Positions 8,857-18,895 are shown, counted from the stretch's first letter. The stretch: DNA of 64,000 nt from an uncultured Alphaproteobacteria bacterium (GCA_902604905.1 CACLAN010000002.1:68020-132019); one strand, 5' to 3'. Notes: generated by a model not told the origin, from the letters alone. Numbers and translations are program-made.

Positions 8857-10299
8857 TTACCAAGGTAGTGAAAAGGTTTTTACATTAGTAAAACTTTTCA
8901 TTGCTTCAATAACACCCTCTTTGTAACCAAGACCTGAATCTTTAATTCCTCCGAAAGGAGACATTTCAATTCTGTAGCCTGGAACCTCCCAAATATTTAC
9001 CGTACCAACATTTAAACCTTGAATATATTTTTTTGCTCGCATGAAGTTGTTTGTACATACTCCAGATGATAATCCGAATGCGGTTGAATTAGATATTTTC
9101 ATTACAGCTTCATCGTCATTAGGTACTCGAATAATTGGGATAACTGGACCAAATGTTTCTTCTAAAACTAATTCACTTTTAGGATCAACATGATCTACAA
9201 CTATTGGAGGTAACAAAGCACCTTTTCTTCCAGGGTGATATAAAATTTTAGCGCCATCTTCTTCAGCCATAGAAACTCTTTTATCAAAAAGTTCTGCTGC
9301 TTCAGCATTAACAACAGTACCTAAGTCTGTTTCCAAATTCATAGGATCGCCAAATTTAATTTTTTTAGCACGCTCAAGAGCCATTTCGACAAATTGATCT
9401 GCAATAGATTCTTGCACTAATATCCTTTTAACAGCTGTACAACGTTGGCCAGAGTTTTTCGTTGCTCCAGTAACAGCTAGCTCAACAGCTTTTTTAAGAT
9501 CATCATCATCTAAGTCATTTAAAACAATTAATGGATCATTACCACCAAGCTCGAGAACTGTTCTTTTGTATCCAGCTTGTTCAGCAATTAGTTTTCCTAC
9601 ACCTACACTGCCTGTAAAAGTAATGAGATCAATATTTGGATTTTTGATCATTTCAGATCCAATATCTTGTGGCCATCCAGTTACAACTGAAAACATTTCT
9701 GGTGGCAAACCTGCTTCATATAAAACATCAGCGAGTACCATTGCTGTTAAAGGTGTTAATTCTGTCTGCTTACATACTGTACAATTATTAGTAGCAATTG
9801 AAGGCGCAATTTTATGCGCTACCATATTCAAAGGATGATTAAATGGAGTGATTGCTGAGATTGCCGTTAAAGGTTCTCTTATGGTAAATATTTTTCTGGC
9901 TTTTCCATGTGGAGTTAAATCACAAGAAAATATTTCTCCATCATCAAGAATACAAAGTTGAGCCGTTAATGAAAATACATCGAAAGCTCTTCCTACTTCG
10001 TATAGAGAATCTTGTTTTGAGATACCAAGTTCTAAAGTAATAATATCAGAAATTTCTTCTTTTCTTTTAACAAGTACTTCTGCAGCAGTTTGAAGAATTT
10101 TTTGTCTCTCATATCTTGTAAGTTTAGGTTGGTAATTTGCAGCAATATCTAAAGCCTTTCTTGCATGCTCTGCAGTACCTGCTGGAACCGTTCCGATTAC
10201 TTCACCTGTAAAAGGGTACTCAACATTTATTGTTTTATCTGAAGTAACTTTTTCTCCAGCTATACGCATTGCTTCATTAATCATTTTTTTGTGCATCAT
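8857..10299 (-). CDS. phnY: Phosphonoacetaldehyde dehydrogenase
   Basis: ALDH motifs [34 protein letters not shown]; CDLTPHGK and WEVPGYRIE PhnY signatures; overlaps phnA. Confidence 0.93.
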   Translation of the reverse strand: MMHKKMINEAMRIAGEKVTSDKTINVEYPFTGEVIGTVPAGTAEHARKALDIAANYQPKLTRYERQKILQTAAEVLVKRKEEISDIITLELGISKQDSLYEVGRAFDVFSLTAQLCILDDGEIFSCDLTPHGKARKIFTIREPLTAISAITPFNHPLNMVAHKIAPSIATNNCTVCKQTELTPLTAMVLADVLYEAGLPPEMFSVVTGWPQDIGSEMIKNPNIDLITFTGSVGVGKLIAEQAGYKRTVLELGGNDPLIVLNDLDDDDLKKAVELAVTGATKNSGQRCTAVKRILVQESIADQFVEMALERAKKIKFGDPMNLETDLGTVVNAEAAELFDKRVSMAEEDGAKILYHPGRKGALLPPIVVDHVDPKSELVLEETFGPVIPIIRVPNDDEAVMKISNSTAFGLSSGVCTNNFMRAKKYIQGLNVGTVNIWEVPGYRIEMSPFGGIKDSGLGYKEGVIEAMKSFTNVKTFSLPW

Positions 10300-11537
10300 A
10301 GGGCTCCGTTAATTGCATAATAAAATGCATCATAGTTATATAATTGTCTGCTAGTATCTATATTTTGTAATTTTAAATTTGATATGAATGGCACTTCTCT
10401 TTCATGAAGTCCACCGTGTGAACGTAAAGGTTCATTTAATCCAGAAAGATTGTGTTTATCTTCAGATGAACCAATGGTCATAAATTCTGAAGACATACAT
10501 ATTATGTCTCCCATTCTATCAGGGGGTAAGTTATAAGTAGAGCATCCTTCGTCTTTTGTTAAAACAACTTCTATATCTTTTATTTCTTTGATAGCATTTA
10601 CAACTGAATCTACCTTACTTTTGTCTTCTAAATAAATTGTTGCAAAAGAACCAAGTGAACCATGATGCACGACATATGGATCTGTAATTGGTAGAATAAC
10701 TTTAGCCATGTTTGGTTTAAATTTATTATCTAAATAATCTTGTAAAAATATTGCATTAGGTGAACCGTCTTCTTTTGATTTTGGTTTCATACCGTGATCT
10801 GCTGTAATGATTATAGAAACATTCTCCTTATTTAAAAGACCAATATATTTATCAAACATTGCATAAAATTTATTTGCTGTTTCATTTCCTGGTGCATATT
10901 TATGTTGAATATAATCCGTAGTCGATAAATACATGATATTTGGTTTGAACTCTTCAAGAAGCTTTACACCTGCAGCCATTACAAATTCAGAAAGTCCTTC
11001 AGAGTATACTTCTGGCACTGGCATTCCCAACCAATCGTTTACATTATCTATACCATTGAGATCTTTTGTTGCTTGATCAGATTTTTCGGCAGAAAAACAA
11101 ATAGCTCTCTCATCATCAAAACTTAATCCGTTTCCTAAAAGTGTTCTCAGCTTATCTTTTGCAGTAACAAGAGCAATTTTAGAACCAGAATTGTAAAATT
11201 TTTCAAAAATAGTTGGTGCTCGCATATATTTTGGGTCATTCATCATTACTTCTTCACCAGTCTCGGGTGTATAAAAAAAGTTTCCGCATATACCGTGAAC
11301 AGAACTTGGCTGCCCAGTTACAATGGAAATATTATTAGGATTTGTAAAACTTGGAATAGCGCTGTGAACAAGTAGATTTTCACCACTTGCAATTAGTTTA
11401 TCAAGATTTGGTGTAAGATTTGATTTTGATGCTTCGTCGAGATACTCTTTTTGACTACCATCAAGACATATAACAATAGCAGTTTTTGAGAAAGAGCTTG
11501 GATATTCTCTTTTATTAATTTCTAAATTATCGGACAC
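10296..11537 (-). CDS. phnA: Phosphonoacetate hydrolase
   Basis: [13 protein letters not shown] (catalytic Thr), [32 protein letters not shown]; GTG start. Confidence 0.95.
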   Translation of the reverse strand: MSDNLEINKREYPSSFSKTAIVICLDGSQKEYLDEASKSNLTPNLDKLIASGENLLVHSAIPSFTNPNNISIVTGQPSSVHGICGNFFYTPETGEEVMMNDPKYMRAPTIFEKFYNSGSKIALVTAKDKLRTLLGNGLSFDDERAICFSAEKSDQATKDLNGIDNVNDWLGMPVPEVYSEGLSEFVMAAGVKLLEEFKPNIMYLSTTDYIQHKYAPGNETANKFYAMFDKYIGLLNKENVSIIITADHGMKPKSKEDGSPNAIFLQDYLDNKFKPNMAKVILPITDPYVVHHGSLGSFATIYLEDKSKVDSVVNAIKEIKDIEVVLTKDEGCSTYNLPPDRMGDIICMSSEFMTIGSSEDKHNLSGLNEPLRSHGGLHEREVPFISNLKLQNIDTSRQLYNYDAFYYAINGAL

Positions 11538-11613
11538 GACTTCAACTAATATATCATTAAAAATAAGAATTTATAGTTATCTGCTAGTTAAACTCAATCA
11601 TAATTTGAATATT

Positions 11614-11657
11614 TGTTAATAAAATTGAAATAAAACTGAAATAATTAGATTTATAAT
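11614..11657 (+). promoter_or_regulatory. Pho-box-like tandem 11-bp repeats and TATAAT upstream of the ABC ATPase/permease operon
   Basis: TGTTAAT-AAAA-TTGAAAT-AAAA-CTGAAAT, 9 nt, then TATAAT (11652-11657). Confidence 0.5.
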
Positions 11658-11714
11658 ATTCTCAAATTTAATAAAATTTTGTAGATTAGATATAATTATA
11701 AGAGGGGAGATTAG

Positions 11715-12854
11715 GTGGGCACAATATCACTTAAAAATATTTCAAAGTCATTTGGATCTACGCAAGTATTAAACAATTTAAATGTTGATATACAAAATGG
11801 CGAATTTTTAACATTAGTTGGTCCATCTGGTTGTGGTAAATCTACGTTACTTCGAATCATTGCAGGATTAGAACAGCAAACTTCAGGCGATGTATTAATT
11901 GATAATAAGAATGTAAATAAAATTAGAGCCAGCGAGCGAGATCTTGCAATGGTATTTCAATCATACGCTTTATATCCACATTTAACGGTACGAAGAAATT
12001 TAGAAACACCTCTAAGACTGAGAGATTATAATGCTTTTGAACGCCTTCCTTTAATAGGGAATTTTTCTCCAAACAAAAAAAGTAAAACTGAGTCTATCAA
12101 TAAATTAGTTAATAAAACATCTGAAACACTTCAGATTTCTGAACTACTGGATAGAAAACCAGGACAATTATCAGGAGGTCAAAGACAAAGAGTAGCTCTT
12201 GGTCGCGCAATGGTAAGAGAACCTGTTGCATTCTTAATGGATGAACCGCTGTCAAATTTAGATGCCGCTCTAAGAGTGCATATGCGATCCGAATTATCGG
12301 AACTTCACAATTCACTTAAAACAACATTTGTTTATGTAACGCATGATCAAGCAGAAGCATTGACAATGTCTTCTCGTATGGCGGTAATGATTGATGGAAA
12401 TTTATTACAACTGGATACACCTCAAGAAGTATATGATAATCCTTCATCATTAAGTGTTGCTCAATTTGTTGGTAGTCCTAAAATAAATATTTTTAATGGA
12501 TCTTCAGATTCTAGTGGAACTGTTAATTTTTTAAATGTTAACCTGAAAAGAAAAAGTTCTGAAAATAATTCAGATTTACACATTGGAATTCGACCAGAAC
12601 ATTTAGAAATTACTAATGATAAAAATGAAAACACATTTAGTGGAACTGTTGCTTACAGAGAAAATTTAGGATCAGATATATACTTCCATGTTAATATAGA
12701 AGACAACTCAAAAAAAATAATTGTAAGGGGCTTACCTCAATTTACACATCAAATTACAAATGGTTCAAGTGTGAATATCAAGAGAGATTCAAATAAAGCA
12801 TTGTTATTTAATCAAAAAGGGATGAGGATTCATTTTAATAATGCAATGGTATAA
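11715..12854 (+). CDS. ABC transporter ATP-binding protein, CUT1 (MalK/UgpC-like)
   Basis: GPSGCGKST, VFQSYALYPH, LSGGQRQR, DEPLSNLD, VTHDQ; C-terminal TOBE-like domain. Confidence 0.92.
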   Translation: MGTISLKNISKSFGSTQVLNNLNVDIQNGEFLTLVGPSGCGKSTLLRIIAGLEQQTSGDVLIDNKNVNKIRASERDLAMVFQSYALYPHLTVRRNLETPLRLRDYNAFERLPLIGNFSPNKKSKTESINKLVNKTSETLQISELLDRKPGQLSGGQRQRVALGRAMVREPVAFLMDEPLSNLDAALRVHMRSELSELHNSLKTTFVYVTHDQAEALTMSSRMAVMIDGNLLQLDTPQEVYDNPSSLSVAQFVGSPKINIFNGSSDSSGTVNFLNVNLKRKSSENNSDLHIGIRPEHLEITNDKNENTFSGTVAYRENLGSDIYFHVNIEDNSKKIIVRGLPQFTHQITNGSSVNIKRDSNKALLFNQKGMRIHFNNAMV

Positions 12855-12869
12855 GGATAACATTTACTA

Positions 12870-13826
12870 ATGCATAATTCAAAGGCTCATCTATGGTTTA
12901 TTGCCCCTGCAATAATACTCATGATAATTATTTTAATCTTTCCTCTTTTTCTTGCAGGTGGAATTTCCTTTACTGATTATAATTTAGGCAACAAAACATT
13001 TGAATGGATTGGGTTAGAGAACTATGACAAAATGTTTAACCGAAAAACTTATGTGAAGATGATTTGGGCAACAGCCACGTATGTAATTGTTGTGGTGCCT
13101 ATTTCAGTTATACTTGGTTTATGTGCAGCGATGCTCTTAAATTCTCTACGATTTGGTGCTGACATATATAAAACTATTTTCTTTCTTCCAGTTATGGCGA
13201 CGCTTCTGGCAATGGCTATTGCTTGGGAATTCACTCTTCACCCAACTCTTGGGATAGTAAATAATTTTTTAGCTAATGGTTGTGGTGGTGCAAGAGAATT
13301 TATTTTTGGTTTTCATTGGTTGCCATGGGTAGACTCTGAACAAAGTTGGTATGCAGTGGCGTGTGCAAATAACATGGACTTTCCTTATTGGTTAAAACAA
13401 AAAAATACTGCAATTTGGACTGTTTGTTTTATTGGAATATGGCAAGCCTTTGGTTTCAATATGGTTTTATATTTAGCTGGATTAACAGGTATACCAAGAG
13501 AACTATATCAAGCTGCAGAAATGGATGGAGCTAAATCAACATGGGAACAATTTAAACTTGTAACATGGCCAATGCTTGGTCCAACAACTTTATTTGTTGT
13601 AACCATAACGACTATTAGAACCTTTCAAGTTTTTGATACAATTGAAATACTCACAAAAGGTGGTCCATCTAAAACAACCTACGTTATGATGTATGCAATT
13701 TTTGAAAAAGCTATTCAACAAAATTTAACAAGTATTGGTGCAGCTATCACAGTTGTCTTCATTGGATTTATATTGATATTAACTTTCTTCCAAAGATATA
13801 TCATTGAGAAAAGGGTTCATTATTAA
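12870..13826 (+). CDS. ABC transporter permease, CUT1 (UgpA/MalF-like)
   Basis: TM helices; WIGLENY; EAA-like loop LYQAAEMDGA; TKGGP. Confidence 0.9.
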   Translation: MHNSKAHLWFIAPAIILMIIILIFPLFLAGGISFTDYNLGNKTFEWIGLENYDKMFNRKTYVKMIWATATYVIVVVPISVILGLCAAMLLNSLRFGADIYKTIFFLPVMATLLAMAIAWEFTLHPTLGIVNNFLANGCGGAREFIFGFHWLPWVDSEQSWYAVACANNMDFPYWLKQKNTAIWTVCFIGIWQAFGFNMVLYLAGLTGIPRELYQAAEMDGAKSTWEQFKLVTWPMLGPTTLFVVTITTIRTFQVFDTIEILTKGGPSKTTYVMMYAIFEKAIQQNLTSIGAAITVVFIGFILILTFFQRYIIEKRVHY

Positions 13827-14719
13827 TGGAAGCTAAACAGTATATTGGTGAAGGTTGGAAACATGCAATATTGATTATTGGTGCAATTGTTGTGTTGTTG
13901 CCTTTTTATATGATGGTTTCAATGTCATTAAAATCTCAACAAGAAATTCAATCTATTTCTGGAGGTCTCATTGGTGCACAAGAAACTCAAACATTTCCCG
14001 TATGTGTAAAAACTGGATACTCAGAAGAAGAATGCACAATGAAACCATATAAATACAACTATTGGTTTGCTTTCGAAAAGGCTCCCATTCCAAGATACTT
14101 GATGAATGGTGTTATTGTAACTTTATCAATTTTTATCATTCAGGTTCTTGTAGCCTTACCGTGTGCCTACGCTCTGGCCAAACTTAGATTTTATGGACGA
14201 GAGTTTGTTTTCTCCATGGTGTTATTTTGTTTACTCATCCCAGTGCATGGAATTGCACTTCCACTTTACGTCATGCTTGCTCAGGCAGGTTTGGTCGATA
14301 CCTATTCCGCCTTAATACTGCCCTGGACAATATCGGTGTTTGGAATTTTTCTAATGCGGCAATTCTTTATGACAGTCCCAGATGAATTAATTGACGCCGC
14401 CAGGATGGATGGAATGGGAGAGTATGCTATAGTCTGGAAAGTAATGCTTCCAACTGCGATACCAGCATTACTTGCCTTTGCTATTTTCTCAGTAGTTGCA
14501 CACTGGAATGATTATTTCTGGCCTCGAATGGTAATTACTGGAAATAGAGATCTCTTTACACCACCTCTTGGTATCAGAGAATTTAGAGGTGGAATTGATA
14601 GTGATGAGTTTGGTCCAATGATGGCTTCAATTGTTACAGTTACAGTACCTCTCATTGTTGCTTTTATAATCGCACAAAAAAGATTTATTGAAGGAATTAC
14701 TTTAACAGGAATGAAGTAA
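13826..14719 (+). CDS. ABC transporter permease, CUT1 (UgpE/MalG-like)
   Basis: CAYALAK, IFLMRQFF, ELIDAARMDG, WNDYFWP, QKRFIEG. Confidence 0.9.
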   Translation: MEAKQYIGEGWKHAILIIGAIVVLLPFYMMVSMSLKSQQEIQSISGGLIGAQETQTFPVCVKTGYSEEECTMKPYKYNYWFAFEKAPIPRYLMNGVIVTLSIFIIQVLVALPCAYALAKLRFYGREFVFSMVLFCLLIPVHGIALPLYVMLAQAGLVDTYSALILPWTISVFGIFLMRQFFMTVPDELIDAARMDGMGEYAIVWKVMLPTAIPALLAFAIFSVVAHWNDYFWPRMVITGNRDLFTPPLGIREFRGGIDSDEFGPMMASIVTVTVPLIVAFIIAQKRFIEGITLTGMK

Positions 14720-14728
14720 GATAGTCTT

Positions 14729-15571
14729 TTGTCTATCAATTTTATTTTTCTTTTAATTATTTTATCTGCACTGTGTCACGCTATTTGGAGCGCCATAATT
14801 AAATCAAGTAAGAACCCTTTATCGTTAATGGGTATAACGTCTGTCTTAGAGGTTACTATTTTTTTACCTTTAACATTTACTGTTCCATTTCCAACTTTAG
14901 AGGTTTGGTATTTTTTAATTGCAACCGTTATCATTCATGTTTTTTATAGATTGAATGTAATTTATTCTTATAGGTACGGTGACTTGTCCTACATTTATCC
15001 AATCTCTAGGGGAAGTTCATGTCTATTTGTTGCTATCATTAGTATTTTGTTTTTAAGTTCAGATATTAGTGTTGCTGGCTTTATTGGAATATTAATTGTT
15101 TGTATTGGTTTATTTTTAATATCGTATTCGAAAAATTTATCTTTTAACTTTAGAGGTTTTGCTCTTGCGATTTCAACTGCTATTTTAATTACTGCATATA
15201 CTTTAGTTGACGGAGTCGGAGTTAGGCTTTCGGAAAATGGTTTTTCATATATTTATTGGCTCTTCGCACTTAATGGAATACCTTTACTAATTATTGGTTT
15301 GATCTCGAAAAATGGTTTACGAAAAAGAGAAACATACACATTTAGATCAGGGATTGCTGCTGGTGTATTTGCAACAAGTAGTTACGCAATTGTTGTTTGG
15401 AGTATGCAATTTATAGAAATAGCGTATGTCTCTAGTATCAGAGAAATCAGTATTGTTTTTGCCGCTATTATTGGAATGGTTTTTTTATTTGAAAGAAATG
15501 CTAAATCGAGAATAATCCCATCTATTTTAATAGTAAGTGGTATTTCGGTGGTTTATTTTCAAATTCTTTAG
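14729..15571 (+). CDS. EamA/DMT transporter resembling the phosphonate-utilisation-associated DMT family
   Basis: About 10 TM helices; HAIW, YRYGDLSYIYPISRG, YTLVDG, REISIVF; TTG start. Confidence 0.75.
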   Translation: MSINFIFLLIILSALCHAIWSAIIKSSKNPLSLMGITSVLEVTIFLPLTFTVPFPTLEVWYFLIATVIIHVFYRLNVIYSYRYGDLSYIYPISRGSSCLFVAIISILFLSSDISVAGFIGILIVCIGLFLISYSKNLSFNFRGFALAISTAILITAYTLVDGVGVRLSENGFSYIYWLFALNGIPLLIIGLISKNGLRKRETYTFRSGIAAGVFATSSYAIVVWSMQFIEIAYVSSIREISIVFAAIIGMVFLFERNAKSRIIPSILIVSGISVVYFQIL

Positions 15572-15615
15572 TTAAAAAACATAGACATTTTGGGTTAAGA
15601 TTTTATATGAGTTTT

Positions 15616-15777
15616 ATGGCGGATAATATTGTTGAGGTTGATCCAAAAACCGAAACTATCTCTTGCGATGGTGGTGAAGATGGTTTAGGACATCCCGCAG
15701 TTTATTATACCTTTAATAAAGAGAATAAAATTGTCTGTGGTTATTGTGGTAAAATATTTATGAGAATAGAAGAGTAA
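15616..15777 (+). CDS. Small zf-CHCC (NDUFS6-like) zinc-finger protein, 53 aa; not in the ORF track
   Basis: Translated by hand: MADNIVEVDPKTETISCDGGEDGLGHPAVYYTFNKENKIVCGYCGKIFMRIEE (C-DGG...GHP...CxYC); in-frame upstream ATG at 15607. Confidence 0.85.
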   Translation: MADNIVEVDPKTETISCDGGEDGLGHPAVYYTFNKENKIVCGYCGKIFMRIEE

Positions 15778-15779
15778 AA

Positions 15780-16133
15780 ATGTATAAAGCATCCTGGGGT
15801 AATAAAAGAACGTGTCCTTGTAATAAGATACAGTATTATGATCTTAATTTAGATAAAATGGATTGTCCTGAGTGTGGTAAAGAAATTGAAGTATCAACTC
15901 TAGCTAGACCACGTAGAGGTAGAAAGCCTGGAAGTACAAATGCGGCGCCTCTCGCAAATCCAATCCCTCCTAAACCAAAAGAAAAAGATGATGATCTTGA
16001 CATTGATAGTTTGGATGTAGATAATAATGAAGACAATCTTGAGGATGATACTGTTTTACTAGAAGACGAAACGGAAATTGATCCAGTGGCTGAAGGAATT
16101 AAGCCTAAAGACGACGGCGAAGAAGAATACTAA
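15780..16133 (+). CDS. FYDLN-acid (TIGR02300-like) zinc-ribbon protein with acidic tail
   Basis: WGNKRTC...YYDLN...CPECG followed by a D/E-rich C-terminus. Confidence 0.8.
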   Translation: MYKASWGNKRTCPCNKIQYYDLNLDKMDCPECGKEIEVSTLARPRRGRKPGSTNAAPLANPIPPKPKEKDDDLDIDSLDVDNNEDNLEDDTVLLEDETEIDPVAEGIKPKDDGEEEY

Positions 16134-16155
16134 AATTTCAATAAAAATTTAGAAG

Positions 16156-17394
16156 ATGTTTAAGGTACTACAAAACACTTGGGCTCTTTTTTTTGGCTTT
16201 GCTTTAATTAGTCTTGGTCACGGTCTGCAAGGAACACTTATCGGTGTTCGTTCTGTTTTAGAGGGTTTTAGTTTTTTTGCATCAGGACTTATTATAGCTG
16301 GTTATTACGTTGGATACTTAACTGGTGCGTTAACAATTCCCATTTTTTTACAACGTGTTGGTCACATAAGAGTTTTTGCCGCTTTAGCATCGCTTGCTTC
16401 TATCGCTATATTATTACATTCAGTATTTGTTCATCCCTATTCATGGATGTTTATAAGAGTATTAACTGGCTTAAGTCTTGCTGGGATTTATGTAATCATG
16501 GAGAGTTGGTTAAATGAAAAATCAACTAATCAAACTCGCGGTCAATTACTTTCCGTTTACATGATTATTACTTTTGTATTTGTTGGAGCAGGACAATTTT
16601 TATTAAATTTAGGCGATCCAGCTAAAGTTGATTTATTTATTTTAGTATCAATCTTATTATCATTCGCACTTCTTCCTATTCTTTTGTCTTCAACAGAACA
16701 ACCTAATACAGAAAGTCCTAAATTTTTTTCTTTAAGAGAATTTTATGCTGTGTCACCTTTAGGTTTTGTTGGCGCATTAGCAACTGGTTTATCGCATAGT
16801 GCGGTTTTTGGGTACGGTGCAATTTACGCATCATCTATTAATTTAAGCTTATTTGAAATTTCTCTCTATATGATGATTATAACGTCAGCTGGCGCCCTAT
16901 CTCAATGGCCTATTGGATATTTGTCAGATAGAATAGATAGACGTATTATTCTTATTGGTGTTTCTTTTATGGCTTCAGGTTTGAGTTTATTTTTTGTTTT
17001 TGCAAACTTTATGCCGCTAACGTTATTCTTAATTTTTACTGGTCTTTTTTCAGTTGCTTGTTTACCAATGTATTCACTTACGGTTGCTCATACAAATGAC
17101 TTCTTACAACCTAATGAGATAGTATCAGCAAGTGCAACCTTTGGTATACTTATAGGTATTGGATCAATTATCGGACCTTTGTTTGTTTCTGGATTCATGG
17201 AAATTTTGGGGGCAGTAGGTTTTTACATCTATTTATTTTTAATACATGGACTGCTAGGACTGTTTGGTTTGTATAGAATGACGCAAAGAACTAAACCACG
17301 CGATCTTGAATCACAATACAATCCTTTACCACGAAATATTAGTCCTGCCGGTATGGAAATGAACCCCGTTACTGAGCCAACTGAGGACGAATAA
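16156..17394 (+). CDS. MFS transporter (YcaD-like)
   Basis: About 12 TM helices; RVGHIRVFA, MESWLN, RGQLLS, GYLSDRIDRR. Confidence 0.85.
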   Translation: MFKVLQNTWALFFGFALISLGHGLQGTLIGVRSVLEGFSFFASGLIIAGYYVGYLTGALTIPIFLQRVGHIRVFAALASLASIAILLHSVFVHPYSWMFIRVLTGLSLAGIYVIMESWLNEKSTNQTRGQLLSVYMIITFVFVGAGQFLLNLGDPAKVDLFILVSILLSFALLPILLSSTEQPNTESPKFFSLREFYAVSPLGFVGALATGLSHSAVFGYGAIYASSINLSLFEISLYMMIITSAGALSQWPIGYLSDRIDRRIILIGVSFMASGLSLFFVFANFMPLTLFLIFTGLFSVACLPMYSLTVAHTNDFLQPNEIVSASATFGILIGIGSIIGPLFVSGFMEILGAVGFYIYLFLIHGLLGLFGLYRMTQRTKPRDLESQYNPLPRNISPAGMEMNPVTEPTEDE

Positions 17395-17974
17395 GTTTTT
17401 TAAATATTCTATGAAGTAATAAGAGAATAATTATTCCCATATAAATGACTGGTTCAGTTTTATCCGCGCGAACTAAAACATAAAAATGCATACTAGCTAG
17501 AATGGCTACTGGGTAAATTAAATAATGAATTTTCTTCCATAATTTAAAACCTAGTCGTTTAATCATATTGTTTGTTGAAGTGCTAGCAAGCGGGATTAAA
17601 AAAAGAAAACTTATAAAACCAAATGTTATAAATGGTCTTTTTATAATATCCTGAATAATAAATTGTATATCTAAAAAATGATCTAAAACTATGTAAGTAG
17701 AGAAATGCAAACAGACATAATAGAAAGCAAACAGTCCAATCATTCTTCGTAATACAACTATCGATTTTAAAGGTTTAATATTTGATAGAGTAGTAATCAT
17801 AAGGGTTATTATTATTAATCTGAGTGCCATTAGACCTAACTCATCCATTAGTTTTTCAATTGGATTTACTCCAAGATTCCCAGTAACAAATTGATACGCC
17901 CAGAGTAGACTAGGAAATAGAATTAAAATAAATAAGACAGGTTTACTGCGATTAAAATTTCTTGTTGAAAACAT
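17369..17974 (-). CDS. msrQ: Protein-methionine-sulfoxide reductase heme-binding membrane subunit
   Basis: LGVNP, RRMIGLFAFYY..LH, KRPFIT, LASTS, WKKIHYLIY; adjacent to msrP. Confidence 0.9.
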   Translation of the reverse strand: MFSTRNFNRSKPVLFILILFPSLLWAYQFVTGNLGVNPIEKLMDELGLMALRLIIITLMITTLSNIKPLKSIVVLRRMIGLFAFYYVCLHFSTYIVLDHFLDIQFIIQDIIKRPFITFGFISFLFLIPLASTSTNNMIKRLGFKLWKKIHYLIYPVAILASMHFYVLVRADKTEPVIYMGIIILLLLHRIFKKLIRPQLAQ

Positions 17975-17977
17975 TCA

Positions 17978-18895
17978 TTAATAAAATTTAGTCAAATCTA
18001 AATCTTTATAGAGATGTGCTACTTCTTCTCCATAGCCATTAAACATAAGTGTTTCTCTTCTTTTAAACTCTCCAATTCGTCTCTCTGTTCCTTGACTCCA
18101 TCTTGGATGATTAACGTTAGGATTAACATTAGCATAAAAACCATATTCCCAAGGAGCTAAAGTTTCCCAAGATGTTTCAGGTTGAGTATCTAAGAATCTA
18201 ATTTCCACAATTGATTTAATTGATTTAAAACCATACTTCCATGGAACAACTAATCTTATGGGCGCGCCATTTTGATTAGGCATTTCATGACCATACAATC
18301 CAGTTGCTAATATTGTTAGAGGATTCATTGCTTCATCCATTCGAAGCCCTTCTCTATATGGCCAAATTATTGTTCTCTTTTGCTGACCTGGCATTTCTTC
18401 CGGTCTGAACACAGTTACAAATTGAACATACTTTGCTGAACTTAAAGGTTCAGCCATTTTTATAAGTTCAGATAGTTGAAAGCCTTGCCAAGGAATGACC
18501 ATGGACCAAGCTTCAACACATCTTAATCGATACACTCTATCTTCTATCGTTACATTTGATAAAATTTTTTCTAAATCAAATGTTTGAGGGTTTTTCACAA
18601 GACCATCTATTTTTATTGTCCATGGTCTTGGTTTAAAATTTCCAGAATTTAAATGGGGATGTTTTTTATGAGTCCCAAACTCATAAAAATTATTGTAGGT
18701 TGTGATTTCTTCGTAAGAATTGAGTTTATCATTCTCATTTAAATATGTATTATAAACTGAAGAATTATTATCATGATTAGCAAAAGCTGATGAAGATACT
18801 GTTGCCAACAAGGCGCTTGCCAATGAGCCCTTAATAAACTTGCGTCTATTTAAATAGGTTTTATATGGTGTAATCTCAGAGCTTAAAATCTTCAT
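17978..18895 (-). CDS. msrP: Protein-methionine-sulfoxide reductase catalytic molybdopterin subunit
   Basis: SEITP, Tat motif NRRKFIK, YNNFYEFG, RCVEAWSM, QNGAPIRLVVPWKYGFKSIK. Confidence 0.95.
   Translation of the reverse strand: MKILSSEITPYKTYLNRRKFIKGSLASALLATVSSSAFANHDNNSSVYNTYLNENDKLNSYEEITTYNNFYEFGTHKKHPHLNSGNFKPRPWTIKIDGLVKNPQTFDLEKILSNVTIEDRVYRLRCVEAWSMVIPWQGFQLSELIKMAEPLSSAKYVQFVTVFRPEEMPGQQKRTIIWPYREGLRMDEAMNPLTILATGLYGHEMPNQNGAPIRLVVPWKYGFKSIKSIVEIRFLDTQPETSWETLAPWEYGFYANVNPNVNHPRWSQGTERRIGEFKRRETLMFNGYGEEVAHLYKDLDLTKFY

Noticed and set aside
862-11537. Interpretation as a phosphonate biosynthesis cluster
   Set aside because: No PEP mutase, phosphonopyruvate decarboxylase or nucleotidyltransferase; PhnA, PhnY, PhnZ and an importer indicate catabolism
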